64,000 nucleotides of DNA from Nitrospirales bacterium (GTDB taxonomy: Bacteria > Nitrospirota > Nitrospiria > Nitrospirales > UBA8639), in the NCBI GenBank assembly GCA_963422365.1, contig OY729426.1, positions 1,920,001 through 1,984,000 on the forward strand, in the 5' to 3' direction. A program made the position numbers and the translations under genes. Of this stretch, positions 22,908-33,492 are shown piece after piece (the stretch's first letter is position 1; each line of letters begins with the position of its first letter). Below the pieces are notes generated by a model. It was not told the DNA's origin. It worked only from the letters and a program-made list of their open reading frames with translations, and searched no databases.

Positions 22908-22924
22908 ATCTTATGCAATAAGAT
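22908..22924. promoter_or_regulatory. Palindromic candidate transcription-factor operator between divergent genes
   Basis: ATCTTAT-gca-ATAAGAT (7-3-7) in an AT-rich divergent intergenic region. Confidence 0.35.
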
Positions 22925-23068
22925 GTAAGTTGTTGCATTTGACTTTCATGACTGCTGCTTGACACTATGAGGTGCCGTTCTTTTACCCCTTTATTTTTCC
23001 TTATGTGGAATCGAAATTTTTTATTTCGGGCGCATGAAGCCGTCCCGTTACCTCAAACGGAGAATGAT

Positions 23069-23380
23069 ATGTTTCATGAAACGGCTCCAGCGTTGGATAG
23101 CTCAGGATTAACCACAGAAAAGTATATTTCGGTCTGGCTTCAAGGGGAGGGAGAAAATGATGAACCCTTTGCCTATACGAATCTCTATGTACGAACTGCC
23201 ACGCTTGACCCTGTAAAAAAGGTTGGGTTTTTGCAGCCCTTACAAGGCCGTTCCCACCAAATCAAACAAATGCTTTCTCCTGAGCAGAAATCATTTTTGA
23301 AAGATTGGCTTAAAAGCACAAATCCTACGGCATGGGAAGAAGCCGACGAGTATTTTCAGAAAATCTTTGAACACGAATAG
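23069..23380 (+). CDS. Hypothetical protein (103 aa)
   Basis: GGAG RBS before the ATG at 23069; protein-like composition; hairpin downstream. Confidence 0.65.
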   Translation: MFHETAPALDSSGLTTEKYISVWLQGEGENDEPFAYTNLYVRTATLDPVKKVGFLQPLQGRSHQIKQMLSPEQKSFLKDWLKSTNPTAWEEADEYFQKIFEHE

Positions 23381-23599
23381 GTCTTTCCTTTTCAAGGAGG
23401 CTTTTCAAAAGCCTGCCTTGAGCCGATGCGAAAGGTGCCCCCTCAAGGCCCTGCAGAATATTCCGGTCTCACCACGGATTATTTCCAACTTTGTGTTGTC
23501 ATGATGCTAACATCGTATTCTAACCGGCTGTTCGTTGAAGGAAGAGCTTGTTTCATGAAGCGATGGACGACATGAGAACACAGCAGGTGTAACCATTTC

Positions 23600-24871
23600 A
23601 TGGATTTTCACGTTGACATCGTCGTGGTCGGCGCTGGAGGCGGAGGAGCGATCTTAGGCCTTTTGCTTGCCAAGAGAGGAATTCGAACCCTCGTCCTTGA
23701 ACAAGCCTCTGGGCCTCCTCACGGCATACGAGGAGAAATTCTCCAGCCCAATGGGCAGATGATTTTGGATAATTTAGGTCTGTTGAATCAATTGCCAAAA
23801 GATGCCGTGCAGTCCGTCCGTCATTTTCATTTTCGGCAGATTGGTGATAGGCGGCTGTGTTCGATTGACTATGGTGAGCTGCCTCCTCCCTATAATCGTG
23901 CCCTCGTAACCCTGCCGCATGCCGCTCATCGAGTGGTGCTGGAAGCCTTAGAGAAACAGAACCCCTGCGGCTTGTGGTACGGGGCTTCCTTTACCAACGT
24001 CTTGAAAAAAAGCGAACAAATCATTGGAGTCGAAGCAGAAATTCAAGGCAAGCCCGTACACATTTCCGCCAAATTAGTCGTTGGGGCTGATGGACCAGCA
24101 TCCAAAGTTCGTGAAGCGCTCCGAATTCCAACGAAACTGTATCGGTATCCTGAAAGCTATCTTGTCGCCATCTTAGACTGCCCTGAGAGGCTGGATGAAG
24201 CGCAATATTTTCTCGGGAAAAAAGAAATTTTAGGGGTATTCCCAGCTGCAGAGAAAAAAGTCTATCTCGTCTACTTGATTAACGCAGAATCCCGGAACAC
24301 GATACATGCAGCCGGGGTCGAACCCCTTCAAAAGCGCTGGTCTGCCATTTCCCCGGAGCTATCGGCTACCTTCCAGGGATTTACAAGCTGGGAGCAGTCA
24401 ACGATTATGCCCACGGGTCGAACCCGTGCACACACGTGGGTGACCGATGGGGCTGTGCTTATTGGGGATGCTGCTCATGGGATGAATCCACATGCCTCTC
24501 AAGGACGCATGCAAGCCATGGTCGATGCCGTGGCGTTGGCAGATTTGATTCCTTCCTGTTTAGCAGAAGACAATTTTGAGGCACCACGCTTAAAAATGTA
24601 TGAAACACAGCGTCGCCCTAAAGTCGAAATGTTGCAACGGCTTGCCGATGAAGAGGCATTTTTTTGGAATACAAGGAACCCTTTGCTTACCTGGATGCGC
24701 AATCGAGTATTTTCCACCATTGATAACAATCGACGTCTTAAATATCAAGTCTTGACTGCGACCGCTGGGCTTCGGGAGACTCCGCCCTTTGGAATACTGG
24801 ATCGCTTCATGGCTCTAGGAGTATTGCCGGATCCCTGTGCCGATCAACGACCACCTCATGCCCTTTCGTAA
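23600..24871 (+). CDS. FAD-dependent monooxygenase (FAD_binding_3/UbiH-like)
   Basis: VVGAGGGG, VVGADG, LIGDAAHGMNPHASQG. Confidence 0.88.
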   Translation: MDFHVDIVVVGAGGGGAILGLLLAKRGIRTLVLEQASGPPHGIRGEILQPNGQMILDNLGLLNQLPKDAVQSVRHFHFRQIGDRRLCSIDYGELPPPYNRALVTLPHAAHRVVLEALEKQNPCGLWYGASFTNVLKKSEQIIGVEAEIQGKPVHISAKLVVGADGPASKVREALRIPTKLYRYPESYLVAILDCPERLDEAQYFLGKKEILGVFPAAEKKVYLVYLINAESRNTIHAAGVEPLQKRWSAISPELSATFQGFTSWEQSTIMPTGRTRAHTWVTDGAVLIGDAAHGMNPHASQGRMQAMVDAVALADLIPSCLAEDNFEAPRLKMYETQRRPKVEMLQRLADEEAFFWNTRNPLLTWMRNRVFSTIDNNRRLKYQVLTATAGLRETPPFGILDRFMALGVLPDPCADQRPPHALS

Positions 24872-24910
24872 TATCAGTTCCCACGACACCGCACGGAAGA
24901 GACGGCAAGG

Positions 24911-25672
24911 ATGAACGCCACTCCGCCTTGGTTCGATCTTCAGGAAGACACGCATGTACCACTGCGTGGCTTTCTCCGTTCTGTAAAAAAACAAAAGCTC
25001 GCGTCTCACGCCATTCTTGTCTATGGCAGTGCGGCATGTGGAGAGTTTCTGCAAGGATATTCCAACATCAATGTGCTGCTCTTACTTGAACAGATCACAC
25101 AACCTGTTCTGCAACAGTGGAGCCGCATTCAAAAACAGTGGGGCAAGGAAAAAATCGTTGCGCCGTTGTTTCTCACCTACAAGGATCTCCAACAATCCTT
25201 GGACGTGTTTCCGTTAGAGTTTCTGGATATCAAAGAACGACACGTCCTGCTTGAAGGACGTGATCCATTTCCTGAATTGCTTATCAGTTCGACATACTTG
25301 TTCCTCCAATGCAGGCAAGAAGTTCACGGAAATCTCCTGCGGGTTCGCCAATGTTATGTCGAAGGGTGGGCCAAGGTTGAAGCTATTCAAGCTCTGCTAC
25401 CCCTATCCTTAACTGCGCTTCTGCCATGTCTTCGTGGAGTGTATCGCGTCTTGGACTACCCGTCGAACATGAACTCCCCAGAAGTCTTGGATGAACTGAG
25501 CACCACATTGGGTCTGGATCCTTCAGTCTTTCTCGAAGTGTGGCACTTGAAGCGAGGACGCAGTACACCGGGGAAACATGAACTTCCCAAGTTATTGGAG
25601 CGGTACCTTTCAGCGTTGGGTCAATTGGTGGACCGTGTCGAATCAATGAAACACGAAGAACGATTCCAATGA
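24911..25672 (+). CDS. Nucleotidyltransferase-fold protein, probably catalytically degenerate
   Basis: ILVYGSAACGEF...SNINVLL (GS motif with DxD replaced by NxN); DVFPLEFLDI, LLEGRDP. Confidence 0.65.
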   Translation: MNATPPWFDLQEDTHVPLRGFLRSVKKQKLASHAILVYGSAACGEFLQGYSNINVLLLLEQITQPVLQQWSRIQKQWGKEKIVAPLFLTYKDLQQSLDVFPLEFLDIKERHVLLEGRDPFPELLISSTYLFLQCRQEVHGNLLRVRQCYVEGWAKVEAIQALLPLSLTALLPCLRGVYRVLDYPSNMNSPEVLDELSTTLGLDPSVFLEVWHLKRGRSTPGKHELPKLLERYLSALGQLVDRVESMKHEERFQ

Positions 25673-26430
25673 TAAGTTTATGGCGTTCAGTGACTGTACT
25701 GGTTCTGCTTGTATGGGTGTCTCCAGGCCTAGCCGATCATTCTGGCGGAGAAAAGACATTCGTTTTTCCGACGCCACTTGGCTATGTCAGTGATTATGCG
25801 GATGTCATCGAAGCCAACTGGCAAAGCAGAATTCGTGGAGTCTGTAAAGAACTGGAGGACCGTACCGGTATCGAAATGATAGTCGTGACCATTGCGACGG
25901 TCAGCCCTTCCTCGCATGCACGGGAGTATGCAAAAAGATTGTATCAGGAATGGCATATTGGCGCGACACAACAAAAGCGAGGAATGTTATTGCTCACTTC
26001 GTTGAAGGAGCGACAAGCCGTGGTGGTACTCGGGCGGAATTTACTTCCGGTAATCGGAAAGCCGCAGTTGAATGAATTCTCAAAACACCATCTCATCCCT
26101 ATGTTCCAAAATGCCCAATACGGAGAATCCTTGTATCGTACGGCAGTAGGATTAGCTACAGCCTCGGGCAGTGCGATCCCAAAATTTCCACAAGCCAAAC
26201 GGTCTTCGAGTGTCGGGTTTTGGATGAACGTCGTCGCGGGAGTTGCTATGCTGTTTGTCTTGTGGCGGTTTACCCGTCCGGAACGGCGACATCCTTTTCA
26301 GCGGTGGCGACGGGGCGAATATTGGAGGACAGGCCAGGGTGGGTTTGGGGGAAACTTCGGTGGCTTTGGCGGGAATACGAGAGGGCAGGATTTATCGGAA
26401 CGTGTGCTGAAGATTCAGAAAAAGCCATAA
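25669..26430 (+). CDS. TPM-domain (DUF477-like) membrane protein
   Basis: GYVSDYADVI, TGIEMIVVTI, WHIG, a TM helix and a Gly-rich tail; ATGA overlap with the upstream gene. Confidence 0.8.
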   Translation: MISLWRSVTVLVLLVWVSPGLADHSGGEKTFVFPTPLGYVSDYADVIEANWQSRIRGVCKELEDRTGIEMIVVTIATVSPSSHAREYAKRLYQEWHIGATQQKRGMLLLTSLKERQAVVVLGRNLLPVIGKPQLNEFSKHHLIPMFQNAQYGESLYRTAVGLATASGSAIPKFPQAKRSSSVGFWMNVVAGVAMLFVLWRFTRPERRHPFQRWRRGEYWRTGQGGFGGNFGGFGGNTRGQDLSERVLKIQKKP

Positions 26431-26502
26431 AGCATGAGATACCCCCCCCCCGGTGACTTGGCGGTAATCTGGCGATCATTCGAGCCGAGTCAACAAACTC
26501 AC

Positions 26503-27180
26503 CTACAGCGGCTTATGGTTTTCAAACGTGATGGTGCGTGTCACCATTGCGCCTTTTTCATACGAAATGATGCGGCGGGTCGCAGGCAGATCCGCATTTC
26601 CCACTCTGACATGAGAATCCGAAAAGCTTTCGACGTTTGCCAGTGAGTCATCCTTTTGTGAGTAGTAATACACGGTATAGCGAGTCGTGAGATATGTCTT
26701 GTCCTGAGTCAACACGCTGTCTTCGACGTTAATCGTGAAGGCCACATGCGGCATCTTTCGGTTAATCTGGGTGAGATGGTCATTTTTGATACGATAGCTC
26801 GATCCCATGGAATCCCCCAAACTGATTCTGGGCCCTTGGGGATGATTTTCTTCACCGGCAAAAGACAAATTGTATTTTCCATCGGATTCCTCGAAGTTTC
26901 TCGGCCCCCGATGCGTAGCAATCATCGAAATTTGGCTTTGAGCCCACTGTTGAAGATTTTCGTTCGGAAGAGACACCTCGACTTCTTTTGAGGACTTCAC
27001 CGTGACTGTACCGGTGGTTTCTTCACCATTCACGTTGATACGGAGATCGGCTTCGAATCCTCCAAAATTCTCGGGCCACCGTGAAGTGTTCGCAAACGCT
27101 CGTCGCAGGATCTCGCGAGCCTTGGGATCATCAGAGTTTTCGGTTTTGGCTTCTTCACGTGCATAGATTTCCATCGTCAC
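26503..27180 (-). CDS. Conserved hypothetical protein (DUF3386-like)
   Basis: AREILRRAFANTSRWPENFGGF, SSYRIKND, QINR; strong AGGAGG RBS. Confidence 0.7.
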   Translation of the reverse strand: MTMEIYAREEAKTENSDDPKAREILRRAFANTSRWPENFGGFEADLRINVNGEETTGTVTVKSSKEVEVSLPNENLQQWAQSQISMIATHRGPRNFEESDGKYNLSFAGEENHPQGPRISLGDSMGSSYRIKNDHLTQINRKMPHVAFTINVEDSVLTQDKTYLTTRYTVYYYSQKDDSLANVESFSDSHVRVGNADLPATRRIISYEKGAMVTRTITFENHKPL

Positions 27181-27463
27181 GCTCCTTCCTTATTGAAAAA
27201 CCAGACAGCGGCACTTACAAAGAGTAAGTAATCTTTATCGTACCATAAAAAACCCTAAAGGTTGAACAACTTATTCTTGATGTCAAGCAGTCGTCTTCTA
27301 TTGTGAGCAAGTCTCCTCGGGTCATTGCGCCAAAATTTTTCTTGCCTCTATCATCCGGCTCCATCCTTCCTTTATGATACAGGACTATCATTAAGGGCAA
27401 ATTTATCGACACGGGAGGGGACACCGTGCGTGAATTCTCGCACAAAAGCAACGAGCACGTTTC

Positions 27464-28321
27464 ATGAAGAGATCGCGTAAAAATGCCAAGAAACGTCCGT
27501 TCATGGCTGATCGGGCTGATCTCCATGTCTTGTATCAAAAAAGCGTGCAGAGTCCTGAGCACGATATTCCATTTTTTGCTGAGTATTTTGAGAAATATAC
27601 AGGCCATCCCCTGCACGTATTGCGTGAAGACTTCTGTGGTACCGCCGCATTGTCTACGTATTTCGTGACGCAACATCCCGAAAACCACGCCATTGGTATT
27701 GATCTGGATTGGCCGACTCTGAATTGGGGCATGAAACATAATGTGTCGTGCTTGACTGTGGATCAGCAAAAGCGCTTGACACTCATTCAGGGGAATGTCT
27801 TGGACCATTATCCTTCACACGTCCAACTGACGGTGGCCATGAATTTTAGCTATATGACGTTTAAGGATCGGCCGACACTGTTGCAGTATTTCAAAAGAGC
27901 AAAAGAATCCCTTCAGCCTAGAGGCATGTTTGCCTTGGACAGTTGGGGAGGCAGCGAAAGCCAGGTATTGCAAGAAGAGTCACGTGAGATTGACAATCCT
28001 GAAGATGACGGCATTGGCGATTTTACCTTCATTTGGGACCAGGAGGTCTTCGATCCTACAACCTACTTCTGTACGACGCGCATTCATTTTGCCTTTCAAG
28101 ACGGCAGTGAACTTCGTCATGCCTTTGTCTATGACTGGCGCATGTGGACCATTCCCGAAATCATGGAAGTCATGAACGAAGCAGGGTTTCAGGACGTACA
28201 TTTTTTATGGGAAGATACCGACCCTAAAACCAACGAAGGCACCGGCACCTATCGCCGTGCAGAAAAAGGCGAAGCCGATTTAGCGTGGATTGCGTATATC
28301 GTAGGCGTAAATCCAATTTAA
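27464..28321 (+). CDS. Class I SAM-dependent methyltransferase
   Basis: LREDFCGTA, IGIDLD, AMNFSY, YDWRMWTIPE. Confidence 0.8.
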   Translation: MKRSRKNAKKRPFMADRADLHVLYQKSVQSPEHDIPFFAEYFEKYTGHPLHVLREDFCGTAALSTYFVTQHPENHAIGIDLDWPTLNWGMKHNVSCLTVDQQKRLTLIQGNVLDHYPSHVQLTVAMNFSYMTFKDRPTLLQYFKRAKESLQPRGMFALDSWGGSESQVLQEESREIDNPEDDGIGDFTFIWDQEVFDPTTYFCTTRIHFAFQDGSELRHAFVYDWRMWTIPEIMEVMNEAGFQDVHFLWEDTDPKTNEGTGTYRRAEKGEADLAWIAYIVGVNPI

Positions 28322-28472
28322 TCCCGCCTTTCAATGATTTTTTCGGAACCTCTATCATCTGAACGACAAGATCTCTTCTTGCCACTTCTGTCATCGGAAG
28401 GATAGAGTCAAATTCCATTCTATCGTAATTTGGACAATCATCTCCATTAAAGGTTTACTTTAAATTTTCTTA

Positions 28473-30716
28473 ATGCAACACGCACCGACTCACATGACGC
28501 CGGAGGTGATTCAACAGCACGGGCTGACGGAGGCGGAATTTGAGCAAATCCTCAAGCACCTGGGTCGTGAGCCGAATCTGACGGAACTCGGGATCTTTTC
28601 GGTGATGTGGAGCGAGCATTGTTCATACAAAAGCTCTCGGATCCATTTGAAGCGATTTCCTACTGGAGGTGAGTCGGTGGTCCAAGGGCCAGGAGAAAAT
28701 GCTGGAGCCGTGGAGATCGGCGATGGGCTCTCCGCTGTATTTAAAATGGAGTCCCATAATCATCCGTCGTTTATTGAACCTTTTCAGGGTGCGGCAACGG
28801 GTGTCGGAGGCATCCTGCGCGATATTTTCACGATGGGCGCGCGGCCGATTGCATTGCTGGATTCCCTTCGGTTCGGGGAGTTGGACCTTCCGAAGAATCG
28901 TCATTTATTAAAAGGCGTGGTTTCCGGTATCTCCTGGTACGGTAACTGTAGTGGAGTCCCGACGGTTGGCGGCGAAATTGCTTTTAACGATATCTATGCC
29001 AAGAACCCCATGGTCAATGTCTTCTGTCTTGGAATTGTGAAAACCGATCAATTGCTTCGTGGCCAGGCCGACGGTGTCGGCAACCCTGTCCTGTATATCG
29101 GTGCGAAAACCGGTCGTGACGGTATCCACGGCGCGACGATGGCTTCGGATAGTTTTGACAATACTTCGGAACAGAAGCGACCAACTGTGCAAGTCGGCGA
29201 CCCCTTGTTGGAAAAATTGCTCTTGGAAGCCTGTTTGGAATTTTTGGGCCAACATCTTCTGGTCGGCATTCAAGATATGGGGGCAGCCGGTCTCACGAGT
29301 TCATCATGTGAAATGGCCTCACGAGCGGGAACGGGCATTGAACTGGAATTAACCAATGTGCCTCGCCGAGAGCCGAATATGACACCCTATGAGTTGATGC
29401 TTTCCGAATCCCAAGAGCGTATGTTACTCGTGGCCAATGCAGGGAAAGAAAAGCAAGTGATTGCAATTTGCCAAAAATGGGGCATTGATGCGGCGGTGAT
29501 TGGGAAGGTCACCGATGATGGTTTTATCCGCATCAAGGAGCATGGAAGAATAGTGGCGGAAATTTCCGCCACGGCCTTGGTGGATGAGAGTCCCAAGTAT
29601 GAGCGGCCGGCTAAGCCCCCTGAATACCAAGAACTCTTGCAATCCCTTACGGTTGAAAGTTTACCAGACGTACAAGATGCAGAGAATGTCCTCCTCCAAT
29701 TACTGGATTCGCCGACGATTGCCAGCAAAGCCTGGGTGTATAGGCAGTACGATCACATGGTGGGCATCAATACCATCGTGCGCCCAGGATCGGATGCGGC
29801 GGTGGTGCGTATCAAGGACACAAACAAAGCCTTGGCCCTGACCACAGACGGTAATAGCCGTTACTGCCTCTTAAATCCATATGTCGGCGGCACACTGGCT
29901 GTCGCGGAAGCAGCCCGGAATTTAGTGTGCTCAGGTGCTCAACCCATTGGCGTAACGGATTGTCTGAATTTCGGCAATCCCGAGCGGCCGGACGTCATGT
30001 GGCAGTTTGTCTTAGCCGTCGAAGGCATTGCCGATGCCTGCCGAACCTTCAATGTCCCCGTGGTCAGCGGCAACGTGAGCCTGTATAACGAAACTAACGG
30101 TTTGTCTATTTATCCCACGCCGATTGTGGGCATGGTCGGGCTCATCGAGCCGGCCGATCACGTGACGACTCAATGGTTTAAAAACCCTGGCGACCGAATT
30201 ATTCTTTTCGGAGAGACCAAGGAAGATTTAGGTGGAACCGAATATCTGAAAGTCGTACATTATCGAGAACAAGGTTCTCCTCCATGGCTCAACGTGGAAG
30301 CCGAAAAGTCCGTACACGATTGTGCGTTGCAAGTAATTCGAGAAGGCCTGGTCCAGTCCGTGCATGATTGTTCGGATGGCGGATTGGCGGTAACGTTGGC
30401 GGAATGTTGTTTTTTGCCTCAGGATGCCCAAGGCAAATCGCTGGGCGCGACGATTCCCCTCCATACCAACGGGCTTCGGATGGATGCCTTGCTGTTTGGC
30501 GAGAGTCCCTCGCGAATCGTTCTATCGGTATCGCCTGTGCACGTCGAGCACGTATTTGCCATTGCCCGCGAGCATGAAGTGCCCAGCCAGGATATCGGCA
30601 CAGTTGGTGGAGAACGTTTGACCATTTATGTTGATGGGCAACCAACGATTGATTTACCGACTACCGCATTACTCGAACAATGGAGCCGAAGCTTAGAACG
30701 TAAGCTGTCATCGTGA
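28473..30716 (+). CDS. purL: Phosphoribosylformylglycinamidine synthase subunit PurL
   Basis: [39 protein letters not shown]. Confidence 0.97.
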   Translation: MQHAPTHMTPEVIQQHGLTEAEFEQILKHLGREPNLTELGIFSVMWSEHCSYKSSRIHLKRFPTGGESVVQGPGENAGAVEIGDGLSAVFKMESHNHPSFIEPFQGAATGVGGILRDIFTMGARPIALLDSLRFGELDLPKNRHLLKGVVSGISWYGNCSGVPTVGGEIAFNDIYAKNPMVNVFCLGIVKTDQLLRGQADGVGNPVLYIGAKTGRDGIHGATMASDSFDNTSEQKRPTVQVGDPLLEKLLLEACLEFLGQHLLVGIQDMGAAGLTSSSCEMASRAGTGIELELTNVPRREPNMTPYELMLSESQERMLLVANAGKEKQVIAICQKWGIDAAVIGKVTDDGFIRIKEHGRIVAEISATALVDESPKYERPAKPPEYQELLQSLTVESLPDVQDAENVLLQLLDSPTIASKAWVYRQYDHMVGINTIVRPGSDAAVVRIKDTNKALALTTDGNSRYCLLNPYVGGTLAVAEAARNLVCSGAQPIGVTDCLNFGNPERPDVMWQFVLAVEGIADACRTFNVPVVSGNVSLYNETNGLSIYPTPIVGMVGLIEPADHVTTQWFKNPGDRIILFGETKEDLGGTEYLKVVHYREQGSPPWLNVEAEKSVHDCALQVIREGLVQSVHDCSDGGLAVTLAECCFLPQDAQGKSLGATIPLHTNGLRMDALLFGESPSRIVLSVSPVHVEHVFAIAREHEVPSQDIGTVGGERLTIYVDGQPTIDLPTTALLEQWSRSLERKLSS

Positions 30717-31025
30717 GTTTCGCTTGCTTGTTCTGACCGGAATTGTCAATGTTTACTCATTCGTTGACCGAATCAGGGGCTGTCTGTCTTCTTCCTCTTT
30801 TGTCGCGGCGACATCTCATGTGCCTTCCGTTGGCCGTATACGATGAGGCCCTACACAGGCACTGGATTCCCGATGACACGTGTCGGGAATGCCAGAAAGA
30901 GACGGTGGGAAGTGTCAGCGAATGAGTGAACACAGACAGGAACGACGGATCGGGGATCGTGCCTTTGCTTAGAATGACAAAGGAAGACAGACGCGTTTTG
31001 CTAAAGCTTCTCGAGATGTTGCGTT

Positions 31026-32489
31026 ATGAATAATTCATCAAAAAAAGCACATGCCTCTCTTCACATGATCGCCCCCGATAAATTCCATGATGAATGTGCC
31101 GTATTTGGCATTTACGGGCATCGGGAAGCCGCCAATTTCACCTATCTGGGGTTGTACGCACTACAGCATCGTGGACAGGAAAGTGCGGGCATCGTCTCAT
31201 CAGATGACCAGAACTTTTATATAGAAAAAGGTATGGGGCTGGTTTCCGATATTTTCACAAAAAAAGAAATTCGCCGCCTGCGTGGACACAAAGCCATCGG
31301 CCATAATCGCTACTCCACCGCCGGAGACAGCCATCTTCGCAATGTGCAACCGCTCACCGTCAATTTCGCATTTGGAAATTTAGCCGTCGCGCACAATGGC
31401 AATCTCACGAATGCGTCTATGCTTCGCAGTGAACTCGAGGCCTATGGCGCCATTTTTCAATCCGATTCCGACACGGAGGTTCTCATCCACCTCATCGCCC
31501 ATTCCAAAAGCGATACCTTTCTCGAACGATTGATCGAAGGACTCTCTTTGGTCCGTGGGGCCTATTCGCTGGTGCTGTTAACCGATCATGACCTGCTTGC
31601 CGTACGGGATCCATATGGTTTCCGGCCATTGTGTCTGGGAAAGTTTAGAGAATCTTGGGTGGTCGCGTCAGAGACCTGTGCGTTTGATCTCATGGGAGGC
31701 GAGTTTGTGCGGGAAGTCGAGCCAGGGGAACTCATTGTCATCAACGACAACGGGATGACCTCGCATCGTCCGTTTATCCTTCCAGAAAAGCCGGCAAAAT
31801 GCGTGTTTGAATACGTCTATTTTGCAAGACCTGACTCCAAAATATTCGGCGACCATGCCGTCTATCCCGTTCGAAAAGCCTTAGGTCGGCAGTTGGCCAA
31901 AACAACGCACGTACCAGCCGACGTGGTAATCCCCGTTCCAGACTCCGGTGTGCCGGCGGCCTTGGGGTATGCGGAAGAGTCGGGCATTCCGTTTGAAATC
32001 GGGCTCACTCGCAACCATTATATCGGCCGAACGTTTATCGAACCCGAACAATCCATTCGACACTTTGGCGTGAAGTTGAAATTAAACGTGGTGCCCGATG
32101 TCCTGAAAGGACGTCGGGTGGTGGTAGTGGATGATTCCATTGTCCGTGGCACGACAAGCCGGAAAATCATAAAAATGATCCGTAACGCCGGGGTGAAAGA
32201 AGTGCATATGCGCATCAGTTCTCCACCGACGATTGCTCCGTGTTTTTACGGCATTGATACTCCCACCCAAAAAGAACTCATCGGTTCACGCCATTCCATC
32301 GAGGAAATCCGCCACTACATCACCGCCGATAGTCTGCGATACTTAAGCTTAGAAGGCATGCTCGACGCAGCCCCAGGGCGAAACGACCATTACTGCCACG
32401 CCTGCTTCACCGAACACTATCCCATACCCTTCACCAAAGCCGAAGAACGGCAACTCGGCTTGTTCGATGCGAATTCGGCTAATCGTTAG
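31026..32489 (+). CDS. purF: Amidophosphoribosyltransferase
   Basis: DECAVFG (catalytic Cys), QHRGQES, HNRYST, VDDSIVRGTT. Confidence 0.97.
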   Translation: MNNSSKKAHASLHMIAPDKFHDECAVFGIYGHREAANFTYLGLYALQHRGQESAGIVSSDDQNFYIEKGMGLVSDIFTKKEIRRLRGHKAIGHNRYSTAGDSHLRNVQPLTVNFAFGNLAVAHNGNLTNASMLRSELEAYGAIFQSDSDTEVLIHLIAHSKSDTFLERLIEGLSLVRGAYSLVLLTDHDLLAVRDPYGFRPLCLGKFRESWVVASETCAFDLMGGEFVREVEPGELIVINDNGMTSHRPFILPEKPAKCVFEYVYFARPDSKIFGDHAVYPVRKALGRQLAKTTHVPADVVIPVPDSGVPAALGYAEESGIPFEIGLTRNHYIGRTFIEPEQSIRHFGVKLKLNVVPDVLKGRRVVVVDDSIVRGTTSRKIIKMIRNAGVKEVHMRISSPPTIAPCFYGIDTPTQKELIGSRHSIEEIRHYITADSLRYLSLEGMLDAAPGRNDHYCHACFTEHYPIPFTKAEERQLGLFDANSANR

Positions 32490-32579
32490 TTGTTGCCAAG
32501 GATGATATCGACAATGCATCGTTCCCGGCAGCCCTTGCCTCTTCGTAGCAACCAGGAATTCTGTCACCGATTCATCTCT

Positions 32580-33492
32580 GGCAGCAAACAAAACCTGCAC
32601 GAGGAAGAACAGCAACAGCCGCTACAGTAAAAGGAAGTCACCTTTCTTGATTCGATCCTTAACGCTTATCGGGCGAAGAAGGTTGAGCACTTCGCCGTCT
32701 TCCATGACAAAAAAGCCGGGCGGCTGTGGGCCGGTCAAATTACCCGTCACCCGCCTGTTTGTGGAAGAGATTATTCTGGAGTGAAAGCATCACTTCGAGT
32801 TTGAGATGGGTTGTTTCCCAACATGTTGGACAAGGCGCGTTCTACAAGCATTGACATTGCGCCCCAACACCCCTGCCTGGGTCTTCGACAAGCGGGTGGT
32901 GGAGAAGAACCAAGTGGTGCTCCACGACGTGGCATTCATTGAAGTCAAACCGCACGTGAAAGCAGGCAAGAAGAACTAGACCGTGGCAGCGGAACTTACG
33001 GATTTCTCGGTTTTTTCTTCGCAGGACTCAATCGCCAATGCTGAGATAGCCCTCTCGACGAACAAGAAAGCCGACAGCAGGACCGTGGTGGAAAAGGGCT
33101 GGATTGTGAAGGTGTGCAAGGACAAAAATGGCGTCATGAAACGCGAGACGCTGACCCTGCACTGGACGCACTGGATCGGCTACTGGAGCGTGGATTTCGA
33201 CTTCGAGAGCACACGCTAGATCACCCGCGTCCAAAGAGAACTTTCGCGAGATGCGCAAACAATCCTCGAAGGCATGGGCGATGAACAGCAAAATCTGCCA
33301 GTATGGGAAGAGCAGTATACCGGCGACTCCATCTTCGAGAACGAATGGCAGAGTTTCCGCATGAAAAAAGACCGCTCGCTGGAACTCAAAAGCGTAGCCC
33401 ACGAATGCCCGCCAAGCCGCCACAAACTGGCGGTGAAGGTGTTGGACATCTTCGGCAACAACATCATGACGATCATGGAGGTGAGAGTATGA
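32580..33492 (+). pseudogene. Type III R-M DNA methyltransferase (Mod) C-terminal remnant
   Basis: Broken frames give SILNAYRAKKV, LPVTRLFVEEIILE, VFDKRVVEKNQV, YWSVDFDF, IFENEWQSFR and AVKVLDIFGN. Several stops and frameshifts; the N-terminal catalytic part is missing. Start approximate. Confidence 0.75.

Noticed and set aside
26442..26451. C10 run as a phase-variation tract (also C10 at 61839-61848 and C8 at 34549-34556)
   Set aside because: The first lies between convergent gene ends, the second is in an already dead gene, and the third is short. No clear switch function.
30743..30925. 60-aa ORF between purL and purF as a real gene (for example purS)
   Set aside because: No PurS or PurQ motifs, TTG start, no clear RBS.
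33303..33488. N-terminal extension of the 934-aa ORF
   Set aside because: It overlaps the mod remnant in another frame. PHP homology starts at the ATG at 33489, which overlaps the mod stop codon.
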